From the NCBI RefSeq assembly GCF_009914755.1, contig NC_060937.1: 64,000 bases of DNA, one strand, 5' to 3'. Source of the stretch: the human T2T-CHM13v2.0 reference genome, Homo sapiens. This document shows positions 1-17,320 of the stretch, one piece after another. The position numbers and the translations under genes are program-made. Below the pieces are notes generated by a model. The model did not search any database. It worked only from the letters and a program-made list of their open reading frames with translations, and was not told the DNA's origin. Every line of letters begins with the position of its first letter. Positions within the stretch are counted from its first letter, which is position 1.

Positions 1-289
1 TGAGCCAGTACCTGTGAATAAATCACTTAGATTCTCTGTGTTTCCTCCTGGAAACTGAGGGATCCAACTACATGACAATATTATCCCTTCCAATTATGAA
101 ATTGGAACTCTGTTTTCTGAGTAGCTTAAAGTAGCTTAACACTTAAACTTATTGGGTCAGAGATCATCCAAAATGAAAAGTTACTATTCTTTTCTTTATT
201 TTACAAACGACGTCCAGAGAGATGAAGTTACTTGCCTAAGATCACATAAAATTCAAGTATCTTCACACACTTATTTATTTGGTTTCTGT

Positions 290-728
290 TTTTATTATAA
301 TGCAACGTGCTATTGTTGCAGTCAAATAGCTCTACCAGACTTGTTATGAAAAATAGTGGTTCCCAATCTGCTTTTATGTCCCAAAGGCAGCTACTTTAAA
401 GCAGGTTTTAGCTGATTCTTTTGGTTATTTACCTCAATATCTCTAAACATTATATTGTTTCAACTTTAGGAATGACCTCAACAACAAAACATAAAGTTTT
501 TATCCCCCCCTTCTCCCTGTGTAGCTGTATCATAATTTTATTTAGTTCAGTTACTGGTATTTATTTGATGACATAAATATTATTCACAGTTGAGCTATGC
601 AGAATATTATGATTAATTTCCCTTTCTGTTTTCTTTTCCCTGGAGTTAATAATTATCACATTTTCATTTTGCTTAATTTTCTATGAATAATCACAAATTC
701 AACCCAAACTCCCTATAGTTGTGTCTTA
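290..728 (-). mobile_element. HAL1-like (half-L1) 3' part, interrupted by Tigger1
   Basis: Resembles HAL1 antisense as I recall it (ttagctgattcttttggttatttacctc, tattcacagttgagc, ttttccctggagttaataatt). It continues after the Tigger1. Confidence 0.6.
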
Positions 729-1127
729 TAAAGGCTTAACTCATTTTATTGCTTTTCATTTTTGTTGTGCTTCACAGATGTTGTGCTTCACAGATATTTT
801 GCTTTCTGCAAATTGAAATTTTGTGGCAACCTGCATTGAACAAGTCTATTGGTGCCATTTTTCTAACAGCATGTGCTCATTTTGTGTCTCTGTGGCACAT
901 TTTGGTCATTCTCACAATCTTTCAAAGTTTTTCATTATTATTGTGTCTGTTGTGGTGATCTGTGATCAGTGATCTTAGGTGTTACTATTGTAATTGTTTT
1001 GGGGGCCCACAAACCATGCCCGCAAATGACAGTGAGTTTAATCAATAGATGTTGCATGTGTACCGACTGCTCCGCTCACTGGCCACTCCCCTGTCTCTCT
1101 CCCTCTCCTCCGTGGGCCTCCTTACCC

Positions 1128-1432
<305 letters not shown>

Positions 1433-1492
1433 GGGCCTCCCTATCTTAAGAGACACCACAATATTGAAATTAGGCCAGTTAATAATCCTAAA

Positions 1493-3480
<1,988 letters not shown>

Positions 3481-3755
3481 CCACCACCTTGGTCAGTCAG
3501 TATCCATCAACACCAAGGCAAGGCCCTCCATCAGCAAAATTGTGACTCACTGAAGGCTCAGATTGTTGTTGGCATTTTTTTAGCAATAAAATATTTTTAA
3601 TTAGACATAATGCTATTGCACACTTTAAAGACTACAATACGGTATAAGTGTATGAACTGGGAAACCAAAAACTTATGTGACTCATATTATTGCAATATTT
3701 GCTTTATTGCAGTGGTCTGGAACCAAACCCACAATATCTTCGAGGTATGCCTGTA

Positions 3756-4230
3756 TGTTTAAACACATATAGGTGTGGTACAAGCTTTATCTTCTTGAAG
3801 GTGTATCTCCCAGGACCTTCTGATCTGTTACAGGCTGGACCAGTGTTCTCAAAGTCTGTTCTACAGTGGTCAACGTGAGCTCTCTGTTGATTATTCTCCT
3901 GGGAGTACCTTTCACCTCCCTCTTATGTTGAGTGTTCAGTTTGTTGGATCCTACACCTTCTTCTTTCTTGGTTTAATCCTTAATTTTGGCAAAACACTTC
4001 CTCCAGCAAGTTCCTAAGAAAACGTACATGGGGGATAAATTTTTTGAGGTCTTGCATGTCTGAAATGTTTTTATTCTATCCTCACAGAAGGTTGATAGTT
4101 TTTCTGGGTATGGAATTCTAGATATAAAATTATTTTTTGCCCACAGAATTGTGAAAGCACTTGTGCCTGTTAATATGATCCGGTGGTGCTGTTGAGATGG
4201 ATACTGCTCTTTAATTATTTGTAAACAAAT
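3756..4230 (-). mobile_element. HAL1/old L1 ORF1-like fragment
   Basis: Minus ORF 3973-4257 contains NNFISRIPYPEKLSTFCEDRIKTF, similar to the L1 ORF1p C-terminal motif PRILYPAKLS...IKTF. Confidence 0.75.
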
Positions 4231-4929
4231 ACTCTCTGACTTGATGCAGAGGTTCACAGGGTCTCTTAGAGATCACGAGAATATTTTGCATGTGTCACCT
4301 TGACTCATTTGCAACTTTTCCTACAACTGCCATTGACTGCTTATTTGTCATAGGGCTCTTGGTTTCTATTTTTCTTCAGATTCATCTACAATAAAATTAT
4401 GACTGCCACATAGACTTACTACTTTCACGGTGATATGAATTTGAATGAAATAACAAGCATGCCCTGAGGCATTTGCTTGATAAATAATATTTGCTTGATA
4501 AATAGTATTTGGACTCTCACAAAAATATGACAGAATATTTTTCCCTAATTCCCACTGACTTCCTTCACAAGAACTTTAATAAAAAGTAACAAATAGCTAA
4601 TGATAACAATTTTCCAATAAGAGTTTTCATTGAGGATATATTAATAGCACTAAAATACTATCTATTGGTTAGAGTCTTTTACATTGTTTTAATATATGTA
4701 AATACCACATACCCAAAAATGATGCTGGTTGAGAGAATTGAAGAAAAAGGCAAATACATATTTTCCTCTTTCCCAAAATCCCTTGAAATAACAACAAAAA
4801 AAAACTTTTAAGAGGACAGAAGAGGAATAAATTATAATGTCACTGGAGGACACAAGGAGGCTACCAACAGTGGCCCAGAGTATAAAAGAATTCTTGGAGG
4901 TAAGAAATCAGGTGAAAACTGCAACTACA

Positions 4930-5070
4930 ATACAACCGTAAAACCCTTAAGAAATGATTATAGTTAACTTTATGCTAATAAACTTGAAATTAATAAAATT
5001 CACATAAGAAGAAATAGAAAGCGAGTGAATCCTCAATAAGAAATTGAATGAGTAATCCAATAACTCCCCC
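4930..5070 (+). mobile_element. Old L1 ORF2 fragment (sense)
   Basis: aactttatgctaataaacttgaa, aagaagaaatagaaa and aaattgaatgagtaatc are typical of L1M ORF2. Confidence 0.55.
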
Positions 5071-5542
5071 ATTCACTACCCCCTTTTATTTCTGGCTTCT
5101 TTGCTTAACATTATGTTTGTAAGATTTATCTATATTGCCTGTAGCAGTAAGTTGTTATTTTTATTGCTGCATAGTATCCACTTTGTGAATAAAAGTTCTT
5201 TGTCTGTTGTACCACTGAGGATATTGGGCTGTTCCCAGTGTGAGATTATTATAAATATTCCTAAAATGAACATTTATGTACCAATATCCAACATTTTCAA
5301 GGACATATGTATGCATTCCTGCATATACCCAGTAGTAATACTGCTAATTCCAGTAATGAAATTAGAGTATATACATATGTTCAATTTTAGTAGATACTGC
5401 TTAACAATTTTATAAAGGACTATACAAATTTATATTTTTACCAGCAGTGTTTGTGATTCCAGTTTCTCCACATCCTTATCAACACTTGGTATTGTCAATT
5501 TTTAAAATCTTAGGCATTCTGGTAAGCATGTCGTGTGATCTT

Positions 5543-6119
<577 letters not shown>

Positions 6120-6416
6120 ATAGTGTGATCTTATCATGGTTCTAATTTGTGTTTATCTGAGACTAGTTTTATTGAACACATTTTCATGATCTTTTTTTTT
6201 GCCATTGATCTATTTGTCTCTCTTTGCACCTTTACTGTTAATTACTGCAGCATTGTATAAATCTTGATATCTGTCAATGTAAGTTTCCAACTTTGTTCTT
6301 CAAGATTTTCTTGAGTACTCTTGACCCTTAGTTGTTCCACATAAAATTTAGAAGCAACCTGTCATTTTACACACACACACTGTGTGGTTTTGATTGGAAT
6401 TGCATTAAATTGATGA

Positions 6417-6745
<329 letters not shown>

Positions 6746-8419
6746 GACAACTTTTCAATATTGAGTCTCCCAATCCATGAATGTGATATATTTCTCTGTT
6801 ATTTAGTTTTTTTTTAATTTCTTTCTATAATGTTTTGTGGTTTTTCAGTGTAGAAGCCTTACACATATTTTATGTGTAAGATAAATATTTAATGTTTTAT
6901 GTTCATATAAATGGTGTTATCAAATTCTATTTCTAGTTGTTTGTTTCTATTATATAGATGTACAGTTGATTTTTGTACGTTCACCTTGTGACCAGAGACC
7001 TTGTAGAATTACTATTTTAATTACAGTAATTTCTCTTTAAGGCTTTTCCATGTTCTCAACCACATCATCTGCAAATTATAATGACTTTGGTTTTTTTTTC
7101 CAATCTTTATCATATTTCTTTTATTTTCTGTCTTATTTTATTGGCTGGCGTGTCTAGGACAATGTTGATTAGTCCTGGTGATAGCAGACGTTGCTGTCTC
7201 ATTGCTCATCTCAGGAGAAAAACTTTCAATATTTTTAAATTAAGTATAATGTCTGCTCTAGGTTTTTGCAGAAAATTTTTTAAATTTCAGATTTAAGAAA
7301 TCCTCTTCTATTTCTAGATTCTTACAATTCCTTAAAGTGCTGAATGTTACCAAGTAATTATTCTGCATCTTTTGAGAGGACTATATAATTTTTCCATTTT
7401 ATTCTGTTAAGGTAGAAAATTGCACTGATAATTTTTCCAATATTAAGCAACCTTGCATTCCTAGAATAAATTCAACTTGATCATGATGTGTTTTATATAT
7501 AATGCCGAATTCTGTTTGTAAATACTTTGCATATTGTTTTTGCATCTGTGACAATGAATGTGAATAAACTGTAATATTTCTTTCTTATCCTAATTTTATC
7601 AGATTTTTATATCAAGGGATATCTCTGGAAGCTTGGCCCTTAAAATCCTGACCGCTTTGGTTGCTCTCTGATGTCTTCTGATAGCTAGATTTTTTTTTAA
7701 TGCTATCGAGTTTTATAATTATTCTCAGGGTAGTGTTTGTGTGATACAAGCTAGTCATGCATAGCCAGAAACAAAACTTTTGCCTTTTGCAAACCTGATA
7801 AGCAAATGAAACTTCAAACAAATATATAACTTTTAGTTAATCTTCTGACCTGGTTCAGTTCCTGAAAAATTCTTGGGTTGCCAAAAGTATAGTTTTGACT
7901 TTCAGTGCCATTTAGTGCCCTAATCTGTTAAAACAGTTGTAGGAAAATAAATACAATTTAATTACAATCATAATATTTTATCCCTTTAAAGTGAAGAAAA
8001 AAAGGAATTTAGTTGGAAAATGTTAATGTGGCCAAGTCTGTGATCTTTTTCAAGTATTAATTAATTGCTATATTAATTAATTAGTAATATATTAAGTAAT
8101 TGCTGTATAATTACAGTAAGGAACACTGTAGCATTCTCAATGATGGGACTCAAAAATTTCACTGGATGAAAGAAGGAGGATTCAACTATTTATATCTGAC
8201 AATTCTCAGTAAGAGAAAGATATTATGTGGCAGAAGGATGGTCAAATTACACCCATTAATTTTAAGTGGTTGCTAAATACATTTCTTGCATTTGGCTAAG
8301 AAATAGGACATGCATCCTATAGTAATGAAATATATGGTAAGGTCAACCTGAAATTGGTATAAACAGTAAAAACTAGGAGAGAGGTGAGGTGAGAGCAGAG
8401 AAGTTGAGATAACACTGTC

Positions 8420-8645
8420 ATTTGTTAAACTTCTATGTGCTAAGTGCTGTGCTTGGGGCTTTGCTGGCATTATCTTACTTAATCCCTGCAAACACAATAA
8501 GGTATTTTTATCTCCAATTTTACAAGAGGAAATTGAGGCTCAGTAAAAAATAATGACTTCCCAAACATCGTACAGATAGTAAGTGGGATTCAAATTTACC
8601 TCTGTTTGACTCTAGAACCTGTGTTCTTTCTAGTAAACCAGGCTG
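8420..8645 (-). mobile_element. MIR SINE
   Basis: Core caattttacaagaggaaattgaggctcag...gacttcccaaac...ggattcaaa. Confidence 0.8.
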
Positions 8646-9004
8646 AGATTAAACAGAAGAGAAACCCGGTATTCTTATCAGTGAAGACTAGATGCTCTAT
8701 TAGGAAGCCCTGCAAAAGAGGTGCTGAAGAAAGAAGCAAGAGTTTAGTTACACGTTTATGATTTGTTGGGTAAGGATTTTATGTTGGGTGTGTGTTTCCT
8801 TTGTCTCTGGAATTCCTGGTATATTCTCAAATAAAAACATTTCCTGTTTACTACTGACTGGGCTAACATCCAATAACCAAGCAATGTAAACAAATTCCAA
8901 CATTTTTCTATCTCATGTAGGGTTAGAGCCCGTATATCTCTGGTTGACTTGCTCAGTGGTTTACAAAATAGTACAGTTAAGTCTACGTCATTGGTTAGGT
9001 CTTC

Positions 9005-9295
9005 ATTTCCTAAATGTGTTTTCCAGAACATACTAGTTCTACATATTAATAGCTATTATTCAGGAAAAAAAGTAGGTATCTGGGGTTGGTTCATAGTAAA
9101 ATATGTTTAATAAACTGTGCATTAAACCGAGTGAAACAAATGTCTAGTTTTAAACTTTTCTAACCTTAAAATATTTAGTACGTAGTGTGAATCTTCAAGA
9201 GGAGGTATAAGTATTTTCCAAACTTATTTGGCTTCAGAACACTGAGGATTATCTTCTGGAATGGGTGTTATTTAGGCCATGTTTTGGGAAAGAAT
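9005..9295. mobile_element. hAT-Charlie MITE (Charlie4z-like)
   Basis: tgttttccagaacatactagt, tttccaaacttatttg and ttttgggaaag motifs. Confidence 0.45.
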
Positions 9296-9601
9296 GAATT
9301 AGATGCTTTATAGGCCAATTCGTTTTATAGAAAAATGCTGCATCATTGGTCATAAGCGGAAAGGTATAAAAATGTAATCAAAGCAGCCCCATGGACCAAC
9401 CCTCCTAGTGATGCAGTATAGATCCCATCACAAAAGATTTGGCACAGAGCGTGATTGACTTCCTGAAGAGATATTGTAGAGGAGATTGCTACATGGGAAA
9501 GAAGTTGGACAAGATGACCTTTAACTTTTTTCACATGCTAAGATTCTTTGTTTCTATGAAAACCATAATCCCTTTTAGAAAAGCAAATAAACAAAAAGTG
9601 G

Positions 9602-10467
9602 TGTGAAACTGCTATTTATAATAAGAAATGTATATTTAGTCTTTGTCCTGTTGCCTGACACACAGCTCCTAGAACCCTTAGAATCTCCAAACTAATGTGT
9701 CTTCTTGTAGGCTAACAAGAGATGACTGGTGGCTAGGGGCTCCTGGATAGCCTCAGGAAGTGGGGGCTGGTTCCCAGGGAAACCAACCATGTCATTAGAA
9801 TGTTGGAAATTTAAGTCCCATCCCCAGACCTCCTGGAAGAGGAGAGGAGCTAAGGGTTGAATCCATCACCAATGGCCATTGATTTAATTAATCACTCCTA
9901 TAAAACAAAGCCTCCACACAAACCCAAAGGGATGGGAGTTGAGAGACCTTCCAGGTTGCTAAACATGCAGAGGTGCTAGGAGGGTGGCACACCTGGGGAG
10001 GGCATGGAAGCTCCACAACCCCTTCCCCCATACCTTGCCCTATGCACCTTTTCCATCTGGCTATTAATCTGTATCCTTTATAATAATGCAAGTAAATGTA
10101 AGTGTTTCCCTGAGTTCTGTGAGTCATTCTAGCAAATGATTGAACCCAAAGACAGGGTAGTGGGAATCTCCAATTTATATCTGCTTGGTCAGAAGCACAG
10201 GTGGCAACCAGTGGCTTTCGATTGGCATCTGAAGTGGGCCAGGTGACCAGGGTGGGAGGGCGGCAGTTTCATGGGACTGAGCCCTTAACCTATGGAGTCT
10301 GCTCCATAGGTTAATATCAGAAATGAGTTAAATTGTAGGACACTCTGTCAGTATCCACTGGAGAATTACTTGGTATCTGGGGAAACAACCCCACACATCT
10401 GCTGTGTTGAGACTGTAGTAGAAGAAGAGAGCCAGTTCATTTAGTTGTTTTTGCCCTATTTCATACA
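9602..10467 (+). mobile_element. MER21-type solo LTR
   Basis: TG...CA termini, perfect 5-bp TSD AGTGG (9597-9601, 10468-10472), MER21 motif gggcatggaagctcc...cataccttgccctatgca. Confidence 0.85.
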
Positions 10468-10485
10468 AGTGGCATCTTGCAACTA

Positions 10486-10956
10486 TGTATATTAATTAGG
10501 TAAAGTCTCAGCAGTTATAACAAAGAGACACACAATACAATGGTTTAAATAAAATGGAAGTTTATTTCTTATGTAAAACTCCTCAGGGGAGCATTTCAGG
10601 TCAGCAGGTTGGCTCCACTCCCCTCTGTGAGCTCCATCAGGGTCCCAGGTTCCCTCCACCTCCTTGGTCTGCTCCCCAGGGCATTGTCTTCCTCTACGCA
10701 GCTCAGCCAGCTCACTAGTGTGCCTGCTTTTCACTTCACAGTAAAAGGGAGTCCCAGGCAAGTAACTTTTTTCTTTTAATTAAGTAAGGCTGAAGTTACT
10801 TACTTCAATTTGCTCACATTTCATTGGGGACAATTTAATCACATGGCCAAACCTAGGTATAGAGTTGGTTGGGAAGTCCATTCTTAAGCCAGGCAGTTAT
10901 GTGCACAAGAAAAAGGGGAAAAGAGATTTTGGAAGAACAACTAAGACTCTGCCACA
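10486..10956 (-). mobile_element. MLT1 (J/K-like) MaLR LTR
   Basis: gaagtttatttct, gctcacatttcattgg, tcacatggccaaacct and terminal ctctgccaca. Confidence 0.7.
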
Positions 10957-11831
10957 CTGTTGTTGGGACAAACACCAGTTGATAATCATTACTTGGTCAT
11001 TACTAACATTTACTAATGAACAGCCAGTTCCGACTGACCAAATCCTTTCTAGAAAAATATTGACTTCCTGTCAGTGTGATACTCAAGTACTCCAACTTAT
11101 GAAGCATGGAAGTTCTCAGAAGAGCTCTGGTTATCTGTCAGGGCTGGAGGATCAGTGCAGCAAATCAGGGGAGGTGCAGGGGTCAGTAAACAATTAATAG
11201 TCAGTATCCTCTGCAGCTCACTTACTGTCATTCATGTTCCTTCACTAATTTTTTTTTAAAAAATGGTTAAATAGGAGAAGAAAACTGGCAGATCTTAATT
11301 TTATGCAACTTCAACTGCATCAGTGTGTGCTATGAGGACAAGTCCATGGGGTACAGTTAAAAAAAAAAGGCTTAATAGGAAACCAATCTTTACATAGGAA
11401 ATATGCAACTCAAAATCTTCTCTTTCTAATGTTCGGTAGGAACTCAATCAAAAGCAGATGATATATATACAACCGAACAGAGGGCCCTGACAGCAGATGT
11501 GTTGGTTACCAGCCCTGCATTTCACTTCATCCTTTCCTAAGGATGCTGCCACAGGTCCTAGGTATTTGGGGTTCTGCTCCTTTCCTTAGAGTCATTCCCA
11601 TGCAATGGCAACACTTCCCTTTGCAAAGTCAATGACACTGTCAAGTCTGCCATGTAGCTGAAGTCCATATGGAACATCCTAGGGGGTAAAACCCCCAAAA
11701 TTATTTATCTGACCACCTGCTTCAGAAATTTCACCATCTCAGATGCAGTATCTGGGGATTTCAAAGTTTCCAAAGTCTTCAAGATGTCCCCGTTAAGATG
11801 AAAATAACTCTGGGAGAGAAAAATATCACAA

Positions 11832-12012
11832 GCTAATTATCCTCAAACCTGGGCCTTTGGAATCACCTGGAGAGATTTTTCAAAAACACAAATGCTTGGG
11901 CCTCATTCTCTCCATGTACTAAGTCAGAATATCTGAAATGGGACCTGGGATTTTCTATTTTATTTTCAGCTTTCTAAATAATTCCATGCCTGGGTTTGGG
12001 AACCAGGGACTT
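11832..12012. mobile_element. MER5-type hAT-Charlie MITE
   Basis: ggaatcacctggagag, aatgcttgggcc, tcagaatatctg, tttgggaacc. Confidence 0.65.
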
Positions 12013-12954
12013 AGGACATTCTCAGTTAGTTCAGAGATTCTTCAGCAACTCAGAGGTGTTTTGAGGGATGATGATTTGGGAGACAGAAAAGGAGAGAGCA
12101 GGAATGGGAAGGTTCTGGAAACTTTATGGAAAGGCTCAAAAGGACAAGCATGGTTTCTTCTCAGCCTTGTTTCGCCTTGACTAAAAAATGGCCATTTGTA
12201 AAACAATATACAATATTTCATTACCCTTGCCTTATGGAAATGTCTGATCTCATTCTCTTTCTAATCATCAGGAAATATTGTGTCACATTTTATTTATATC
12301 CTTTTGTTTTCCCCTAATTTATAAGATCAATGGAACATGGGTATGGGGGTTGGAATAATCTTCTGAATTCCTGGGAGAAATCCTCAAAGGGCCTTGGGCT
12401 CCATCCTCACTTCCTGGAGGAGAGATGGAACTTCTGGGAGAGTGACTAGTTCCTCAGGACCAGGCCTGAGTGAGAAAGGCAACCTAAAGCACTCTGCAGC
12501 TTCCATCATCTCTGTGATCAGACCTTCAGATCAGAGACCTTTTCCTTACATCTGACTTCATCTTTTCCTCTTAATATTCAAGTCTGTTTCCCCAGCTTTC
12601 TACTCTCTGGAGATATGGAGAACAGCTGCTTGGGGACCTCCTGATCCCTGAAGCTAAAGAATTCTCCCATTAACATTTTTTTTCCAGACAAAATAACTCT
12701 GATTTCCATAACCTTTTTTATGGTCTCATTTCTTAGTCCTTTATTTTCATAGCTCTCCTTTGGATGTAGTTCTTCCAGTAAGAAATGAATCAATGCCAAA
12801 TATAACCAAAGAATCCTTTCCTGTTTTCTCTATGTCTTCAATTAAAATGACGAATCTAGTTTTTTAAAAACAGCTTTGCTGGCCATTGCTAACGTATTTT
12901 CAATAAGTGGTCCCCATGTTCTTGGATTATTGGGGAAAATTACTCTTATAGAGA

Positions 12955-13390
12955 AAATAGCTTCAGGCTAGAAATCCAGAGACCTGTGTTTTAGACCCAA
13001 TTTTGTCACAATCAAACTACATAACTTCTTGTTTATTTTTTAAAACTTATTTGGGTCTGTTTGTTTCATCTGTAAAGTGAATCAGATGGACTAGTTGACC
13101 TTTAAATTCACTCCTACTCTAAAATTCTTATTTCTGCTTATTTTATTTTGATTCATGTCTGATTTCTCAGTAGCAAAACAATCTGAACTCCCACAGCACT
13201 TTATTTGTACATCTCTTATAGCTGTGTCACTCTTGTACCTATAATACAATCATTTCTATTGTATCATGCATGCCATAGCTTTCCTACTAGTTCAAAAAGT
13301 ACTTAAAGGCAGGACCCAAGTAACTCTATAACTTGCTTTAGCACAGTGCTTTGCCAATAACCATTTGTTGAATGAGTCTATGCATGAATA
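12955..13390 (+). mobile_element. MIR fragment followed by an L2 3' end
   Basis: tttcatctgtaaagtga...ggactagttgacc (MIR3-like); gcacagtgct...atttgttgaatga (L2 tail). Confidence 0.6.
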
Positions 13391-14744
13391 TTTAATGTTC
13401 CTCTGCCAAGTAAAGAGTAACATTTTTTGGAGTACGAAAAATGATGACCGACAATTTTGTCCTCTGTGCCCCTGTAGCTCTGTCTGCCCCTCTGTGGTGA
13501 GATGCCTTCACTATTTGCACTGGCCTCTTGTGGATAATCCATTGCATGTAGAAATGTCAATGACAGGACAGGTAATTGTATATAAACAAGGTTGTTTTCC
13601 CCAGGAGAAATTAAGAGACTTCAAAAGATTTGCAGTACAAAAAGAACAAAGACTGCAGACTGCAGGTTAGAAAGAAGGAAAGGCTAGACAATCAGAGAAG
13701 AGTTTGAGCTGAGAAAGAAGTATCTGAAAGTAGAAAAGTACAGAGTTTTTTTCTGAGCAGCCTAAAACCAAGAGATTAAACTCTACCCTGAAGGTTGGGG
13801 ATAGAAGTGCAATATGTGGGCTCAGGGAAATTGGTGAGAATAGTCTCCGAAGCTGGACCCTTATCAGCTCTGGACACCTGTGATTTCCTAACTTGTAAAT
13901 ACTTTGAACTTCTATTGATTCGCTGCTGGAGAAAACCCATATTACTACAAACCAGAGACCCAAAAGGCCATGGGGTGTCACCATGGTGACAATTTAACCA
14001 TGAAAGTGACACAAATTATAGTTGGGGGTTGAGTGAGAGATTGAAGGGCTTCTAAGCTGAAAGCCCAACCAAGAGGCCTAAGCTCTGGGGAGGAGATTAA
14101 TGATGAGTCAACTGCTGCTGCTACCCCCAGCCCAGAAGGCTGGCTTTTGGCACAGCTAACACAGTTGACCATTCTCATGCTCCTATTGACCTAGAAGAAA
14201 TCTGGTAGGCATAATAAAAGACAGTTTGCAGCTTGTTTTCTCTTTCTAGGTCTCTGACTCAGTGGAATAGAGGCTGATATGGACCAAGACACCATAGATA
14301 CCGCTGCACACTGCCTTCTATGAGCCAGGGATCCAGGACTGACCTCCAGACCAACCCAATAAAATTTTGTATATAGAATGACAATGTGTTCTGAGCACCA
14401 GTCACACTCCACATCCCATTCCCCTTGTTTTTACTCATATTGAAACAATTTGATGCCACTTCTAGATGAGTTAGAGGCCAAGGACTCTGGAAAACAGAAC
14501 AATAAGCACTTTCTTATCTGAAGATGGTATGATTTTATTCTTACAGGTTGAAAGTGGCCTTCCAAGAAAATGGTCTTTGTGATCTGCTTAGGAAAGAGTG
14601 GTCAAAAATTAACTATTCTATGACCAAGGGCACCATTTCTGGCAGCCACCTTCCAACTTTGTCCAGGTTTATACCCAGGTAAGGAATCAGTGGAGCTTCT
14701 TGTCATGAGTATGGTCTCTGGGGTGGCTCTGCCATGACATGAGG

Positions 14745-14920
14745 TTTGTTTCCAACTCTTAGCAGTTGGGTAACATTTATTTAACAATTCCTGGCCTCAG
14801 TTTTTCATTTGTAAAATGGGTTAATAATAATAATAGTTCTTACCTCGTAAGGTTGTTGTGAAGAACAAATGTGTTTACATGTAAAATGCTTAGAACAGTG
14901 TCCAATAAATGTTAACTATT
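14745..14920 (+). mobile_element. MIR SINE
   Basis: gcctcagtttttcatttgtaaaatggg...taaggttgttgtgaag...aataaatgttaactatt. Confidence 0.8.
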
Positions 14921-16656
14921 GATACATGGCTTCTAATCCTGTCCACCAGATGATGTCATCTATTCCCGAGATGTAGTTGTTAATCTTTCAAGAAATCCAA
15001 GACAGTTCAATTACTCAGTGTTAAGCATTCTGTAGGCATTATTACTGTATTGTTTTTGTTTGGAGTTTTTGACTATTGTTGTTGTTTAATGTTCAACATG
15101 AACACTTAATTATAGCTGTTTAAAATGCTTCCAGGTAAGAATTATTGTGGCAGTGCTTAATAGTGTAAAACTTGGGAATCTCTCATCCATTTGTCTGTGA
15201 GTTAGTGGACATACAAAACCGTTCCTGAGGACGGTCCTATCTTCCCTTGGCTCAACTCAGAGGGACCGTGGGGTGACTTCTATGTCCATATTGTCCTTGT
15301 CTTGTTGCTAAATTTTTATAACAATATAGCAATTCTACCCAAGACTCACTGATTTTTAAAAATAGATGGTTTTGTATTAAATCTGTAACACAAAAGAGCT
15401 GCACTTCAGATATTTGTTCAAAGAGTATAATCTCTAGCATATTGCTGCAGGTTCTAAAGATATCAAAAGTCCTGCTGAGAAAAATAATATTCATGGAAGA
15501 TTTTGTGTGTGTTTCCATTCTCCTAGGTCAGTGATTTTCCAAATTTTTATATTTCACAGGCCAGTTTTTAAAAAGTATTTTTTTAATGATGGTTACTGAT
15601 ATAGGCTGCTAACTTCTTTTACCAATAAGGCTGTAACAAAAAGAGAGTCTTTTAAATTGACGTTTTATGGAAATTTAATGTTATGGAAAATTCACTACTC
15701 ACTGATTGTTTTTTTTCTTTTTACCATGAACCCATGAAAATTTTATCTCTGACTACCAGACTGGCACTTGAGAACACGGAGATAATTTATAACTTATCCC
15801 TAGATGAAACCCAATCACTAGTGACTTCGCACCTGAGATGCATCATTGTGAGTACCTGCAGAAGGATTTCTACCAAATCACACACTTCGATGGGACCTTG
15901 ATTAATGAAGAGTGTTACAGAAATGTCCTTTGAAGCTTGTCACTTCATTTAGTCCAAAGCTGTCACAAAGACATTATTTTTTGCATTACCTGGCCTTCTC
16001 TCTTAGAAGACCTACTGGAGAAATCCCACTCTGGTCTCAGTAGCAGAAGAATTTGGACTTGTCTAAGCAGTGGATTTGTATTTTATCTTCTTTATGATGG
16101 GAATAATTTTACCCTTCCTCTTCATAAATCTCCTTGAAATTTTTAACTCAGCTCATCTCTAACATGCACATAAAATTTCAAGAAATGTGATTTGTGTATT
16201 CACCATGCTCCTGGCTCCATCCTGTGCTTCTACCGTTTTCCCTTTGCCTTATTTTATTTATTTATTTTTTTACCTGTTTGACCTTGTTGTACTACATACT
16301 CCTTTGTAAGCTATCTTAAATCCTTTCCAGTGCCAGCAGGGATGTACTTAAGTACATAAATTAGTCAATGGAGGACCACCTGTGACCTAGATATAGCTTC
16401 ACGAGGACCCCTCGCTGCCCAGGGGACCCACTCACATATCTAGGACTCATCTGCACAGATTTCCCGGTGCTGACTGGAGAGAAAATCGGCATCATGTATC
16501 CCATTAATATGCTAGCTGCTGGTACGGTCTGAGTGTTGTCCTGGTCTGTACTTTAACAGGAGCCACCAACGCCTCACTTTATACGAATAAGGTGAGAATT
16601 TCAAGTGCCATAGCAAAGCCAGGAGAACGGTATGTAGGGGAGAAGGGCCACTAAAT

Positions 16657-16900
16657 TAGGGTTTGTCCAACTGCAGATCCCAATCTATTAGAGGATTGTA
16701 AAATTAGGGTTATAACTAACATTTTTTTCTTGAAAAATTTCAAGGTTTTATGGAAGTGTAGTCTTGTGGAAAATAAGTATAACATAAACAACAGAGTGCA
16801 TTGCATGGAGTGAGGGTAAGGATTTATTCATAAAACTTTGGTGTGTGTGTCTGCTGGGTCACAATAAAAACATATTTCTTAGTATGGATTATGAAAACTT
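16657..16900. mobile_element. MER119-like hAT MITE
   Basis: cagagtgcattgcatggagtgagggtaag...ctgggtcacaataaaaacatatttctt. Confidence 0.5.
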
Positions 16901-16963
16901 CCTTAAATAATATCACATAAGGGTGTGCCTATTCTATCTATACATAAAACAGGCCTTGGGCCT

Positions 16964-17320
16964 TGATATGGTTTGGCTCTGTGTCCCCATCCAAATCTCA
17001 CCTTGAATTGTAACAATCCCCACATGTCAAGGGCAGGACTGGGTAGAGGTAATTGGATCATGGGGGCAGTTTCTGCCATGCCGTTCTTGTGATAGTGAGT
17101 GAGTCTCAAGAGATCTGATGGTTTTATAAGCATGTGGCATTTCCCCTGCTTGCACTCATTCTCTTTCCTGCTGCCCTGTGAAGAGGTATCTTCTGCCATG
17201 ATTGGAAGTTTCTTGAGGACTCCCCAGCCATGCAAACTGTGAGTCAATTAAATCTCTTTTCTTTATAAATTATCCAGTGTCAGGTATTTCTTTGTAGCAA
17301 TGTGAGAATGGACTAATATA
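16964..17320 (+). mobile_element. THE1 (C-like) MaLR LTR
   Basis: Starts tgatatggtttggctctgtgtcccc, ends gaatggactaatata. Confidence 0.9.

Noticed and set aside
11024-11173. RGS-domain interpretation of the exon-like relics
   Set aside because: Only loose helical similarity. The DH reading explains more motifs in the right order at 45-52 kb, and no domain can be assigned here.
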